From an uncultured Actinomycetes bacterium (GTDB taxonomy: Bacteria; Actinomycetota; Thermoleophilia; UBA2241): DNA of 64,000 bases. The DNA lies in NCBI GenBank assembly GCA_963709345.1, contig CAVPVX010000007.1, positions 713,447-777,446 on the forward strand. Reading direction: 5' to 3'. Shown piece after piece: positions 23,201-33,339 of this stretch (its first letter is position 1; every line of letters starts with the position of its first letter). A program made the position numbers and the translations under genes. A model generated the notes under the pieces. It saw nothing but the letters and a program-made list of their open reading frames with translations. It was not told the origin of the DNA and ran no database searches.

Positions 23201-24367
23201 TCAGGAGCGCGCGAATGCGGCGCCGTAGATCTCCTCGTAGGCGGCGACACTCAGCTCGCGCGGGTTGCCGATCGTCTGCGGGTCGTCGAAGGCGATGCGC
23301 GCCAGCATCGGGATCTCGCCGTCCGAGAAGCCGAGGTCGGTCATGCTGGGGATGCCGACGGCGTCGGTGAGCCGGTCGATCTCGCGCGCGCCGGCCTGGG
23401 CGGCCGCGAGCGGATCCAGGCCCGAGACGTCCACCCCGAGCCCTCGCGCGAGGCGCGCGTAGCGGGCAGGGTCCGCCGGGGCGTTGAACGCGCAGACGGG
23501 CCCGAGCAGCCGCGCCGTGAGGGCGCCGTGCGAGCAGTCGTGCACGCCGCCGGCGGACTGGCTCATGGCGTGCGCCGCGCCGGCGCTCTCGGTGCCGTAG
23601 GCCATGCCGCCGAGCGTCGCCGCGTGGGCCATGCCGGTGCGAGCCGTCAGGTCGGAGCCGTCGGCCACGGCCTTCTCCAGCCAGGCGGCGACGAGCTCCA
23701 CCGACTCCAGAGCGACCGCGTCGTTCAAGAACTGGTGGTAGTCACACGTGTAGCACTCCACGGCGTGAGCGAGCGCGTCCATCCCGGTGGCGGCGGTGAT
23801 CGCCGGCGGCATGCCGAGCATCAGTTCGGGGTCGATGACGGCGGCGTGAGCGGCGATGAGGGCGGTGCCGCCGACGTTGAACTTGATCCTGCGGCCGGTG
23901 TCGGCGACCACCGCCCAGAGCGTGACCTCGCTGCCGGTGCCGGCGGTCGTCGGTACGGTGACGAGTGGCGGGATGCGTCGCGTGATGGGCTCGCGGCCCC
24001 ACTCGTACCGCGCGATCGACCCTCCGTGCCGGGCGACGACCCCGACGGACTTGGCGGTGTCCATCGGCGAGCCGCCGCCGATGGCCACGAGCCCGTCGCA
24101 CGCCTCGTCCGCGTAGAGGCGCGCCGCGCGGTCGATGAGGTCGATATCCGGGTTGGGCCGCACCTCGTCGAACACGACCGCGTCGGGAAGCCGCTCCAGG
24201 GCCCTCGACGCCAGGCCGGCCGCGATGACGCCGGCGTCGGTCACGACCAGAGGCCGGCTCACGCCGAGGCCCTCCACCACCTCGCCGAGGCAGGCGATCG
24301 CCCCCGGCCCGTGGACGAGCCGTGTCGGCGTCTCGATGGTCCGCACGGCTTCGACCTCGACGTTCAT
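23201..24367 (-). CDS. Iron-containing alcohol dehydrogenase
   Basis: GGGSPMDTAK, PTTAGTGSE, GMDALAHAVE, AHAMS. Confidence 0.92.
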   Translation of the reverse strand: MNVEVEAVRTIETPTRLVHGPGAIACLGEVVEGLGVSRPLVVTDAGVIAAGLASRALERLPDAVVFDEVRPNPDIDLIDRAARLYADEACDGLVAIGGGSPMDTAKSVGVVARHGGSIARYEWGREPITRRIPPLVTVPTTAGTGSEVTLWAVVADTGRRIKFNVGGTALIAAHAAVIDPELMLGMPPAITAATGMDALAHAVECYTCDYHQFLNDAVALESVELVAAWLEKAVADGSDLTARTGMAHAATLGGMAYGTESAGAAHAMSQSAGGVHDCSHGALTARLLGPVCAFNAPADPARYARLARGLGVDVSGLDPLAAAQAGAREIDRLTDAVGIPSMTDLGFSDGEIPMLARIAFDDPQTIGNPRELSVAAYEEIYGAAFARS

Positions 24368-24473
24368 CCCCGTCGCCTCCCGCAGTCGCGTTCTCCGATG
24401 GCAGCGCTCGCCGTCGATCCTAGCGCGACGGACGGGCAGGCGCCGGCGAGGGGAGCGCGGATCACGCAGACTC

Positions 24474-24502
24474 TAACTCTCGACTTGAGACTTATACTTA
24501 TC
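24474..24502. repeat. AT-rich intergenic motif, copy 2 (divergent promoter region)
   Basis: taactctcgacttgagacttatacttatc, similar to 10969-10997. Confidence 0.45.
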
Positions 24503-24628
24503 TCCTCAAGGCCTTTCCGTGACCTCCGGCTTGAAGCTCCACGCGGTTGGTGCGAGGCTTGCCCCGGTGCCGCGCGACGGCGACGCGTCGCTGCACCGGC
24601 CCGCGACCCTCGGACGGCTGGAGAGACC

Positions 24629-25264
24629 ATGGCGATCCTGCTCGACTCGGCTTCTGTGGACGATGCGGCTGCGGCCGCCGAGCTCGGCTTCGTCCATGGC
24701 ATCACCACGAACCCGGCGCTCATGGCGCGAGAGACGACGAAGCCGCTCGCGCACCTCGAGCGCCTGCTGGGCGCCTTCCCCACCGGCCCTGTCTGCTACC
24801 AGCCGACGCGCACGTCGTGCGACGAGATGGGCGAAGAGACGCGAGCCGCGGCGGCGCTCGCGCCCGGCCGGGTCGTCGCCAAGCTGCCGGCCACGCTCGA
24901 AGGGATCAGACTGGCGGCGGCGCTCCACAAGGAGGACATCCGCAGCGCCCTCACCGCCGTCTACTCGCCGGCGCAGGCGCTGCTCGCGCACGAAGCCGGC
25001 TGCCTGTGGGTGATCCCGTACGTCGACCGCGCCGCCCGGCACTCGGCCGGCGCGGTCGTCATCGAGCTGGCGGCGATCCTGGAGCAACTCGACAGCAGCA
25101 CTCGCGTCCTGGCCGCGAGCCTCAAGACGGCGCCGCAGGTCGTGGAGGCCGTCCTCGACGGCGCGCACGACATCACCGCGCCCCTCGACGTCATCCGCGG
25201 CCTCCCTGCGCACCCGCTCACCGAGTCCGCCGTGCGTGAGTTCGCGGCGCACTGGAAGACCTGA
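24629..25264 (+). CDS. Transaldolase/fructose-6-phosphate aldolase family
   Basis: LLDSA, GITTNP, VVAKLP Schiff-base Lys, PYVDR, VLAASLK. Confidence 0.9.
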   Translation: MAILLDSASVDDAAAAAELGFVHGITTNPALMARETTKPLAHLERLLGAFPTGPVCYQPTRTSCDEMGEETRAAAALAPGRVVAKLPATLEGIRLAAALHKEDIRSALTAVYSPAQALLAHEAGCLWVIPYVDRAARHSAGAVVIELAAILEQLDSSTRVLAASLKTAPQVVEAVLDGAHDITAPLDVIRGLPAHPLTESAVREFAAHWKT

Positions 25265-25305
25265 GCACACCGGGCGCCGCACGCGACGAAGAGGAGCGCC
25301 GCTCG

Positions 25306-25767
25306 ATGACCGACGAGATGCGCCTGCGACCGGTGGGCGTCGTACGGACCCCGAAGAGCAGGGAGGGGCTCTCGGTCATCGACGTGGCTCCCGACCTCGA
25401 AGGCGTCCTCGACGGGATCGAGGACTTCTCCCATCTCCTGGTGCTGTACTGGGCTCACCTTCGCACGCGCCGCGACCCCCCGGTGGTCAGGACGCATCCA
25501 TTCGGGGACGCGGACCTACCCTTGACGGGCATCTTCGCCACGCGGAGCCCGGCGCGGCCGAATCCCGTGTTGGCCGACGTCGTCCGGCTCGTGAAGCGCG
25601 ACGGCAACACCCTCACCGTGGCCGGCCTCGATGCGCTGGAGGGCACGCCTGTGATCGACATCAAGCCGTCGACCGGCGGCGACCACCCCGCCGAGGGCGT
25701 ACGCGTGGCCCCCTGGCTGGACCGTCGCTACCCCGACTCCGGGCGGCGGGAAGAGGGAGCGGGGTAG
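25306..25767 (+). CDS. tsaA: TrmO/TsaA-family SAM-binding protein
   Basis: GIFATRSPARPNP, GLDALEGTPVIDIKP. Confidence 0.88.
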   Translation: MTDEMRLRPVGVVRTPKSREGLSVIDVAPDLEGVLDGIEDFSHLLVLYWAHLRTRRDPPVVRTHPFGDADLPLTGIFATRSPARPNPVLADVVRLVKRDGNTLTVAGLDALEGTPVIDIKPSTGGDHPAEGVRVAPWLDRRYPDSGRREEGAG

Positions 25768-25925
25768 TCCGGACGCGACAGCGCACGGCGGGCGCGCGAG
25801 GACTTGCGGCGAGAGAGCGCAGCAGCAGCCCCGCGCCGGCGCGGGGCGTGAAGCACGCGAGGCCGGATGATAGCCTGACGCAGGCAGGGTCATCCGGCAG
25901 ACGCGGCGACGGAGGACGAGCGGAC

Positions 25926-27224
25926 ATGGCATCGATGCACCGCACGCGAGCGCGAACGACCGTCATCCTGACGAGTCTGGCGCTCGCCCTCCTGCTCCTC
26001 GCTCCGGCCGGGGCTGCAGCAGGCCTCAAGGCGAGGATCGACGCGGCCCTGCAACGGCACGGCATGTCCGGGTCGGGCACCTCCGTCGCCGTGTACGACC
26101 TCACCTCCAAACGCTATCTCTACTCACTGCGCTGGGACGTGCTCCGCCTGCCGGCATCCAACCAGAAACTGGTGACCTCGGCGGCGGCGCTCGCCACCTG
26201 GCCGGCCACGCATCGCTTCAGCACGCAGCTGTTCATCGACGGGGCGGCGCCCGACGACGAGGGCGTGGTCCGCGGAAACGTCTACCTGCGCGGCCTCGGC
26301 GATCCGAGCCTCTCCACCACCGCGTTCCAAACGCGCCGGCTCCACTTCCGCACGTCCAACGTGCGCGACTTCGTCACCCGCCTGCGGGCCCTGGGGGTCA
26401 AACGGATCACCGGGCGCGTCGTCGCCGATGACGGCTACTTCGACCGCGCTCGCATCGTCTCGACCTGGCGGCCCAGCGTGCTCGGCTACTGCGGCCCGCT
26501 CTCGGCGCTCACCTTGAACACGAGTGTGGGCGCCGACGGCCGGTACGTGCGCGACCCGTCGCTGTGGGCGGCGAACAAGCTCACGAAGCTCCTGCGCGCC
26601 GCGGGCGTGCGAGTCGTGCTCGCCGCCGCGCGCGGGGTCGTGCCCGCGACGGCGACGCTCGTCCACACGGAGCGCTCCGCGACTCTGAGGCGCCTCCTGG
26701 CGGCGATGAACAAGCCGAGCGACAACTTCTTCGCCGAGCAGTTGCTCAAGGGGGTCGGGGCGAGTTCCTCCGGCGCCGGCACGCCCGCCGGCGGCGCGGG
26801 AACGACCGCCGCCGGCGCCGCCGCGGCCAGGCACTACCTGACCGGCGCCGGCATCACCAAAGGATTCCGCATCCGCGACGGCTCGGGGCTGAGCTACCAG
26901 AACAAGCTCAGCGCCCACACGGTGGTCAAGATCCTCGGCGCGGCGGCACGGCGCGCCGACTTCCCGGCCTTCCGGACGTCGCTCGCCGTCGCCGGCGTGG
27001 ACGGCACGCTCCGGCAGCGGATGCGCGGGACGGTCGCGGCGGGCAACGTGCGCGCCAAGACGGGTACGCTGGCCGCGGCGAGCAGCCTCTCGGGCTACGT
27101 CACCTCCGCGAACCGGCATGCACTCACCTTCGCCATCCTCATGAACGGGAGCTCCTTGCCGGTGACACGAGCGCAGGCCGCGCAGGATGCGATCGCCGTC
27201 GTCCTGGCTCGCTCAAAGCCTTGA
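25926..27224 (+). CDS. dacB: D-Ala-D-Ala carboxypeptidase/endopeptidase (peptidase S13)
   Basis: Signal peptide; PASNQK (SxxK), SDN, KTG motifs; DGSGLS. Confidence 0.92.
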   Translation: MASMHRTRARTTVILTSLALALLLLAPAGAAAGLKARIDAALQRHGMSGSGTSVAVYDLTSKRYLYSLRWDVLRLPASNQKLVTSAAALATWPATHRFSTQLFIDGAAPDDEGVVRGNVYLRGLGDPSLSTTAFQTRRLHFRTSNVRDFVTRLRALGVKRITGRVVADDGYFDRARIVSTWRPSVLGYCGPLSALTLNTSVGADGRYVRDPSLWAANKLTKLLRAAGVRVVLAAARGVVPATATLVHTERSATLRRLLAAMNKPSDNFFAEQLLKGVGASSSGAGTPAGGAGTTAAGAAAARHYLTGAGITKGFRIRDGSGLSYQNKLSAHTVVKILGAAARRADFPAFRTSLAVAGVDGTLRQRMRGTVAAGNVRAKTGTLAAASSLSGYVTSANRHALTFAILMNGSSLPVTRAQAAQDAIAVVLARSKP

Positions 27225-27242
27225 CGGAGGCGAGCGCGCCGC

Positions 27243-27605
27243 TCAGCGCAGTTCGCGCTCGGCGACCACCTCACGCTTGAGCACGCTCACGAGCCGCTGA
27301 AGCGCGGCAAAGACGTTGTCGCGGATGTCGCCGGCCACCAGGACCTTCATGATGTCGTCGCCCACGGCCAGCGTGCCCTCATTGACCCAGGCCCGCACGG
27401 CGACGACCCCCGGCCAGCTCCGGGCTTCGGCCAGCGCCTGCTCGAGCCGCGCCCGGTCGGTGTGCAACTCCATGCCGGCGACCGGCTCACCCGAGCGCGA
27501 GGAGCCTCTCACGATCCCCTGGTGCACCAGCAGCATGCCGATGCCGGCGGCCTCCGGGCGGGACTTGGCCTCGACGATCCAGTCGTTCACGTCGGGGGCG
27601 TCCAC
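27243..27605 (-). CDS. moaE: MoaE-like protein
   Basis: IGMLLVHQGIVR..WVNEGTLAVGDDIMKVLVAGDIR. Confidence 0.75.
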   Translation of the reverse strand: MDAPDVNDWIVEAKSRPEAAGIGMLLVHQGIVRGSSRSGEPVAGMELHTDRARLEQALAEARSWPGVVAVRAWVNEGTLAVGDDIMKVLVAGDIRDNVFAALQRLVSVLKREVVAERELR

Positions 27606-27607
27606 GC

Positions 27608-28051
27608 CTAGACCTGGTTGTAGAAGCGCTGCTCGTGAAGCGCGCCGGGGGCGTCGCTCGAGAGTTCGGCGCCGTCGGGCGCCAGGAGCACGACGCGCTC
27701 GCCGATGAACTGCAGCCGGGCGTCGAGTGCGTAGGCCAAGCCGCTGCAGAAGTCGACCAGGCGCTTGGCGACGTCGGGCCCGCAGTGCTGCAGATCGACG
27801 ACCACGGGGTTGCCCGAGCGCAGACCCGCGGCGATACGCTGCGCGTCGTCGAACTCCTTCGGTGCGACCAGGGCGAAGTCGAGGCGCGGCGCGCGCACGA
27901 GGGCGAGCGGACGCGGCGCCTCGTCGTACCGGCGGCGCTCGGCCGGCCCTTCCGAGCCATCGTCTTCGTTCTCGTCGTAGTACTCGTCGTAGTCATCGTA
28001 CGCGGCGCCGAACTGCTCGACCACCGCGCGAAACGATCCTGCCAGGCTCAT
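27608..28051 (-). CDS. sepF: Cell division protein SepF
   Basis: FDDAQRIA..PVVVDL..KRLVDFCSGLAYAL..VLLAP. Confidence 0.9.
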   Translation of the reverse strand: MSLAGSFRAVVEQFGAAYDDYDEYYDENEDDGSEGPAERRRYDEAPRPLALVRAPRLDFALVAPKEFDDAQRIAAGLRSGNPVVVDLQHCGPDVAKRLVDFCSGLAYALDARLQFIGERVVLLAPDGAELSSDAPGALHEQRFYNQV

Positions 28052-28138
28052 CGACCCTCCGGCCTCCCGTCGCGCCGGGGCACGCCTGAAGTACGCGCGA
28101 CTCGGGAGGACTCATCCGCTGTGCCGGAGCGTGCCCGT

Positions 28139-28396
28139 CTACTTCTTCGCCGCCGGACCCGCCCGCGCCTGCACGACCGAAGGCCAAGATCTCCCTGGTC
28201 CGCCTTCGACGGCCCGCGCCTCCCGCCAGTGGCGACGGCAGGCCGGAGCCGGCCGCCACTCGCCCGGCTCCGTCTGCACTGGGACCCAGGTCACGTCCGG
28301 GTCTCCGGACTCGGGCAGCGGCAGTCCGCAGTCGCGGCCGTGCTGCACCTCGTGCTCGTCGCCTTCACTGACGAACGCGAACCGTGTCTCTTCCAC
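28139..28396 (-). CDS. Small hypothetical protein
   Basis: Strong AAGGAGG RBS before GTG 28396; no recognisable family. Confidence 0.45.
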   Translation of the reverse strand: MEETRFAFVSEGDEHEVQHGRDCGLPLPESGDPDVTWVPVQTEPGEWRPAPACRRHWREARAVEGGPGRSWPSVVQARAGPAAKK

Positions 28397-28754
28397 GGCT
28401 CCTCCTTCCGGAGCCATCCGGCCACACCGGGCCGGCCGCACGCCTTTCACTGTAGGTCGCGTACGGGCGCGTGACACGTAGCGTGGTCGCCTGCGGGTGC
28501 CTCATCGCGGAAGGGCGGATCCTCCGGCGGCCGGGAGACGATCCCATCGGTGCAAGCCACCTGCCGTACGCGCATGTACGCACTCCACCTTCGGAACGTC
28601 TGAAGACCAAGGGTGGCGGACGGTGTGGCCGTCCGTATACACTCCCGACAACGAAGCCGCCGGCGGCGCTCGATGCGCCAGGCGCGGAATACGATTCCGG
28701 ACCGGACAGGCTGCGGCGTGCCGCGCGGCAGCGAGCGACACACGGGAGGCGCCC

Positions 28755-29261
28755 ATGAAAAAGGCCCTCACCCTCGCCTTCATCACCACCGCACTGGCCC
28801 TGCTCCTCCTCCCCGCGGCATCACTGGCCGCGATCACTCCCACCAAGGCCGAGAGAACCGTCATCAAGCTCGTGAACAAGGAACGCGCCAAGCAGGGGCT
28901 GGCGGCGGTCCGTTTCAACGCCGCCCTGACCCGCGCCGCACGCGCCCATGCTCGCGAGATGGCGCGGCGCCAAGTGCTCACCCACCGCAGCGCCAACGGC
29001 GCCACGATCGCCGGACGCGCCGTCGCGAACGGCTACAAGCGCAGCAGGTACCGCTACTGGACCGTCGGCGAGAACGTCGCCAGCGCCCGCTCCGGGACGC
29101 CCTTCGCGACGCCGGCCGGCGCAGTATGCCTCTGGTCGCGCGCCAGCACACACCGCCAGATCATGCTGCGCGGCGTGTACCGCAACATCGGCGTCGGTGT
29201 GGCCACCGCGGCGAACGGGACTCGCTACTTCACCATCGACCTGGGACGCCGCACGCGCTGA
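28755..29261 (+). CDS. Secreted CAP/SCP domain protein
   Basis: Signal peptide; LVNKERAKQGL, AARAHAREM, GENVA, HRQIML..IGVG. Confidence 0.9.
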   Translation: MKKALTLAFITTALALLLLPAASLAAITPTKAERTVIKLVNKERAKQGLAAVRFNAALTRAARAHAREMARRQVLTHRSANGATIAGRAVANGYKRSRYRYWTVGENVASARSGTPFATPAGAVCLWSRASTHRQIMLRGVYRNIGVGVATAANGTRYFTIDLGRRTR

Positions 29262-29325
29262 GACCGAGCGCGGAACCGCGAGAGACGGGCGGCACGCGGG
29301 GCGGCAAGACCGGCAGGCCGCTCGC

Positions 29326-30435
29326 CTAGAAGCGGCCGCCTGTCCAGGCGCCGGCGATCGACTCGTAGCGCACCACGGCTCCCGTGTGCGGCGCATGGAT
29401 CATCTGCCCGCCGCCCACGTAGATTCCGACGTGCCGGCTGAAGCTGCTGCTGCCGAAGAACACGAGATCGCCCGGCCTGAGGACTCCGAGCGCGACGGGC
29501 GCGCTCGCCTGCTGCTGCAGGGTCGCGCCGTGCGCAAGGCCGACGCCCACCTGGGCGTAGCAGTACATCGTGAGGCCTGAGCAATCGAAGCCGCTCGGGC
29601 TCGCGCCGCCCCAGACGTAGGGAACGCCGAGATAGCGCTGCGCGATCGCGACCACGGCCGGATGGCCGGCGCCAGCCGGCCGCGAGCCGCCGCTGGAAGA
29701 ACTGCCGCTCGAGCCGGATGAGGAGGAACCGTCGTCCGACGAAGTCGAGGCCACGGCATCGGCGGCGGCCGTTTCGGCGGCAGCCTCCGCGGCGGCCGCT
29801 CTGGCGGCTGCCGCCTCCCTCGCCTCGAGCTCCGCGATCTCGCCCTCGAGGCCGCTCGCCACGCCTTGGAGCCGGGACTGAAGAGCGACGACCTCGTCCC
29901 TTGTCTCCCTGCGCCGGTCGACCAGCTTCTCGGCGGCCCTCCGGTCCAGCACAAGCGCGAGACGGCGATCGCGGACCTCGCGGCGGCGCGCCGCCGCGGC
30001 GGCCGTAGCGGCGGCATCGCTCTCTCCGACACGCGCCATCATCGAGACCTGTACGACGAGGTCGTTGAAGCTGTGCGACGAGAGCGCGACGTCGATGAAG
30101 CTCACGTCAGGCGCCATGTAGAGCTGGCGGGCACGCGCCGCGAGTTGCTCGGTGGCCTCGCTCAGCTCGCGCTCCGCGACCGTGAGCAGCGCCCGGTTGC
30201 GCTCCATCTTGGCCCGCGCCTCGCGCAGCCGGCCGGTCGCCTCGTTGTACTGCTCGACGGCGACGTCCGCGCGTTCGTGGATGGCGTCGAGCTCCGCCTT
30301 GACGGCCTGGAGACGAGCCTCCTTGACCGAGAGGGGCGAGGCCTGGGCCGAAGAGCAGACGCCGGCAAGCGACGCAAGAACGGCGATGCCGGCCACGCCG
30401 AGGAGGCAGGCCCAGCGTTTGGCGCACATCTGCAT
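29326..30435 (-). CDS. NlpC/P60 peptidoglycan endopeptidase with coiled coil
   Basis: Signal peptide, coiled coil, PYVWGGASPSGFDCSGL, HVGIY, MIHAP. Confidence 0.93.
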   Translation of the reverse strand: MQMCAKRWACLLGVAGIAVLASLAGVCSSAQASPLSVKEARLQAVKAELDAIHERADVAVEQYNEATGRLREARAKMERNRALLTVAERELSEATEQLAARARQLYMAPDVSFIDVALSSHSFNDLVVQVSMMARVGESDAAATAAAAARRREVRDRRLALVLDRRAAEKLVDRRRETRDEVVALQSRLQGVASGLEGEIAELEAREAAAARAAAAEAAAETAAADAVASTSSDDGSSSSGSSGSSSSGGSRPAGAGHPAVVAIAQRYLGVPYVWGGASPSGFDCSGLTMYCYAQVGVGLAHGATLQQQASAPVALGVLRPGDLVFFGSSSFSRHVGIYVGGGQMIHAPHTGAVVRYESIAGAWTGGRF

Positions 30436-30476
30436 CGCCTCCTTGGCGGCGCGGCTGGGGCTGCGGCCCGCCTCTC

Positions 30477-30561
30477 ACGGCAGACTCGCAGAGCCGGCCA
30501 TCGATCACCGGGCAGATGACCGTCTTCCCCGCGACCGTGCCGATACCTGCGCGTCTGCCGT
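30477..30561 (-). promoter_or_regulatory. Candidate structured 5' leader of the NlpC/P60 gene
   Basis: 15-bp inverted repeat (30477-30491 / 30547-30561, one mismatch) enclosing a second stem (30495-30502 / 30515-30522). Confidence 0.35.
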
Positions 30562-30792
30562 CTTCGCGCACCCATTCCGATCACCGCCACCGTGCTCGTC
30601 GCTGTCGCCTTGACATGCGCGCGGACTGGCAGGCCATGGGCGCAAGGGACGCGTGCGCCGCCACCGAGGTGCGACCCGTCACACGACGGGGCGGCTTCCC
30701 GGAACCCGAACGCCGGTCCTGCGCCACAAGGGTTTCCCACAGCCACGCGGCGGGGACGTGTACCTAGTCTGTCCGCGAAGAGGAGGTGCCTG

Positions 30793-31485
30793 GTGGAAGC
30801 GGTGACGGTCGATCTCAAGCTGGAGCAGCAGGCCTCGCTGGCGAGGCCGCGACACGCCTACTCCTCCGTGGCGCAGCTGTTCTTTCGCTCCATGGATGTG
30901 CTTGCAGGCGATGAGACGACCCTTGCCAAGGCGAAGCTCATCGAGGCGCTCGCCTCGATCCCGTACCGGGCCTGGGAGAACCGCCAGTACCGGCGTCTCA
31001 CGAGGCACTATGCAGACGAGGCGCTCGTGCGGCAGGCAGGCGCCATCATGAGCTGGGGTCGCGAGGCGCAGGACAACGAGTACATGCACCTGCTCGTCAT
31101 CAACGAGAAGCTCAAGGAAGACGCCGCGAAGGACCCGATCTACCTGACGACGCCGCTCCCATCCCTGGCGGTCGGGTCCTATGCCCTGCTCTCGCGGACG
31201 CTGGCGCGCGCCGCCATCCGCCAGGCGTTTCTCTTCAACGCCGAGTTCGAAGACCACGCCGAGCACTACTACGCGGAGCTGGTGGATCAGCACCCGGAGT
31301 GGGAGGACCAGCCCGTCACCAGCGGACTGGTGCGAGAGTACGGGTCCTTCCGCTCCTGGGCGGATGTGTTCCGCCGCGTCGGTCTCGACGAGCGCGACCA
31401 CAGAAACGCCAGCTTCGCCTTCGCCGGCAGACCCGAGTTCATCGTCAGGTACGCAGGGATGCCGGCGGCTCCCGGCCCGGCCTGA
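30793..31485 (+). CDS. Alternative oxidase/PTOX-like diiron protein
   Basis: IEALASIP, NEYMHL, EFEDHAEHYY, DERDH ligand motifs; GAGGAGG RBS. Confidence 0.75.
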   Translation: MEAVTVDLKLEQQASLARPRHAYSSVAQLFFRSMDVLAGDETTLAKAKLIEALASIPYRAWENRQYRRLTRHYADEALVRQAGAIMSWGREAQDNEYMHLLVINEKLKEDAAKDPIYLTTPLPSLAVGSYALLSRTLARAAIRQAFLFNAEFEDHAEHYYAELVDQHPEWEDQPVTSGLVREYGSFRSWADVFRRVGLDERDHRNASFAFAGRPEFIVRYAGMPAAPGPA

Positions 31486-31767
31486 CCGGCTGGAGGCGCC
31501 GCACGCGCTCCTCTGCCGGGTCGCCCCACACACGACCCGCACGAGCGTCGCGAGAGCCTCGTCAGGGCCGCGTCCGGACCTCCACCGACCACGCCTTGGC
31601 GGTCCCGGGAGTGGCGAGCAGCACGTGCTGCCGTCCAGACCGCCGATGCCCTGCTCGGGCGCGCCACGATCAATGCAGCCGACTCGGCCTTCGCGCCGGC
31701 CTCAGCGGTGATGGGCTCGCCTGCCACGAGGAAGGCGACTACCCCAGCGGTCGCCGCGCCGTGAGGC

Positions 31768-32622
31768 TCAGCCCACCGTGACCCACGTCAGAGCCGCAAC
31801 GCCGACGAGGATCACCACCACGCCGGCCAGCTGCAGCCGCGTCAATCGCTCGTGCAGAAACACGTAGGCGGCCACGCTGGCGACGACGGCGAACTGAGAC
31901 CCGAGGACGGCCGCGATGGCGACCGAGTCACGCGCGCCGACGGCGAAGCTGACAAACCCGAGCACCTCGGCGAGCCCGGTGAACACCACCAGAGGGAGCG
32001 CCGAACGAGAGAGCCTGAGCCGCCGCGACAGCGCCAGCGGGATGGTCACGACGGCCACGCCGACGAGGCGCGGCGGCAGCACCGCCCAGCCGACGGGGAG
32101 CGACGCGCTGAGATGCCCCGTCGCGAAGATGCCGACGCCGAACGACAGCGCCGCCAGCGCCGCCAGCCAGAAGGCGCCCGATCCCGACGTGCGCTGGTCG
32201 AGCGTCGGCTCATCGGGGGCCGCTCCCGCCAGCACGATGCCCAGCGCCACCATCGCCAGAAGCACGGCCGGAGCGACGCCGAGCGCCTCGCCGGTCGCCA
32301 GGGCCAGCACCGCCGCGATGGCGCCCTCGGTAGAGGCCACCGGCGTCACGATGCCGACCTTGCCGCGCCGCAGCGCCGTGTACGCCAGGAGCAGCCCCAC
32401 GACGTTGCCGAGACCCGACACGAGCATCCACGCCATGTCGGCAGCGCCGAGGGAGCCGGGCCTCGGCTCGACCGCGATCACGGCGAGGTTCGCGATCAGC
32501 CCGATGAGCATCACCCACGCCACGACGGACCAGGCGCCGATCATGCGGCTGGAGCGGGCGGAGCAGAACGTGCCCAGCCCCCACGCCACGGCGGCCCCAA
32601 GCCCTCCCAGGAGGGCGATCAC
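31768..32622 (-). CDS. EamA/DMT transporter
   Basis: About 10 hydrophobic segments in two repeats; FLHERLTRLQLAG. Confidence 0.88.
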   Translation of the reverse strand: MIALLGGLGAAVAWGLGTFCSARSSRMIGAWSVVAWVMLIGLIANLAVIAVEPRPGSLGAADMAWMLVSGLGNVVGLLLAYTALRRGKVGIVTPVASTEGAIAAVLALATGEALGVAPAVLLAMVALGIVLAGAAPDEPTLDQRTSGSGAFWLAALAALSFGVGIFATGHLSASLPVGWAVLPPRLVGVAVVTIPLALSRRLRLSRSALPLVVFTGLAEVLGFVSFAVGARDSVAIAAVLGSQFAVVASVAAYVFLHERLTRLQLAGVVVILVGVAALTWVTVG

Positions 32623-33045
32623 GCGTCAGCGTCTGATAGGGACGCAGCGACGGCGCGAGAGACGATGACCTCGCGATCCACCACGCCCTCCTTCCTGCGC
32701 TCCCGGACCACCTTGGCCGATCCGCCCGAGCTGCCTCCATCCCGAGGATCATGGGCCGCCACACAGCTGGATGAAGAGAGCGCGTCCGGTAGACGCCCGT
32801 ATGCCTCGACAGCCCACCCGAGTCCGCCCTGCGGGATGCCGACGGACGCGAGGATACTACGTTGTTCGGCAGCGTCTGCGTCGGCGACGGCCGGTGCGAA
32901 CTCGAGCGCGGGAGGCACGACAGACGAGAAGGCACTCATCGGCGAGGCCGCCAAAGTGAGCGGCGGCGAGGACGAGATGGAGGTCGGCGTCCCGATGCTC
33001 GTCGTCGAGACGGTGTAGGTCAGGCGCCGCGGCGGGCCGGGTGCG

Positions 33046-33339
33046 TCAGCCTCTGCGGCCCCGGGGCCGGCGGCGCGGGCGCTGCACGCCCGGCGGCCGC
33101 GCCTTGTCCCACTCCTCGGGGTGGCCGTGGTCGCGCCGGTTCATGTGCGCGAACAGGTCGCTGCGGCGCGGGAAGGCCTCGCCGCAGGTCGCGCAGCGAA
33201 ACGTGATCGGCGTGCCGAGCCGCGCCTCTCCGCAGTCGTCGTGAGCCAGGCACATGTGCGTGTCGAGCTCGCGCTTCGACCTGAGGGCAGCGCTGCAGAG
33301 AGCGCAGACGAAGGTCTTTGGAGGGGCGATCGCGGGCAC
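33046..33339 (-). CDS. Tandem C2H2 zinc-finger protein
   Basis: FVCALCSAALRSKRELDTHMCLAH and FRCATCGEAFPRRSDLFAHMNRRDH; GAGGAAGG RBS. Confidence 0.75.
   Translation of the reverse strand: MPAIAPPKTFVCALCSAALRSKRELDTHMCLAHDDCGEARLGTPITFRCATCGEAFPRRSDLFAHMNRRDHGHPEEWDKARPPGVQRPRRRPRGRRG

Noticed and set aside
28480-28750. Riboswitch upstream of the CAP gene
   Set aside because: Only short GC stems; no recognisable c-di-GMP or c-di-AMP consensus
32623-33020. Small ORFs between EamA and the zinc-finger gene
   Set aside because: No convincing start, RBS or family motif
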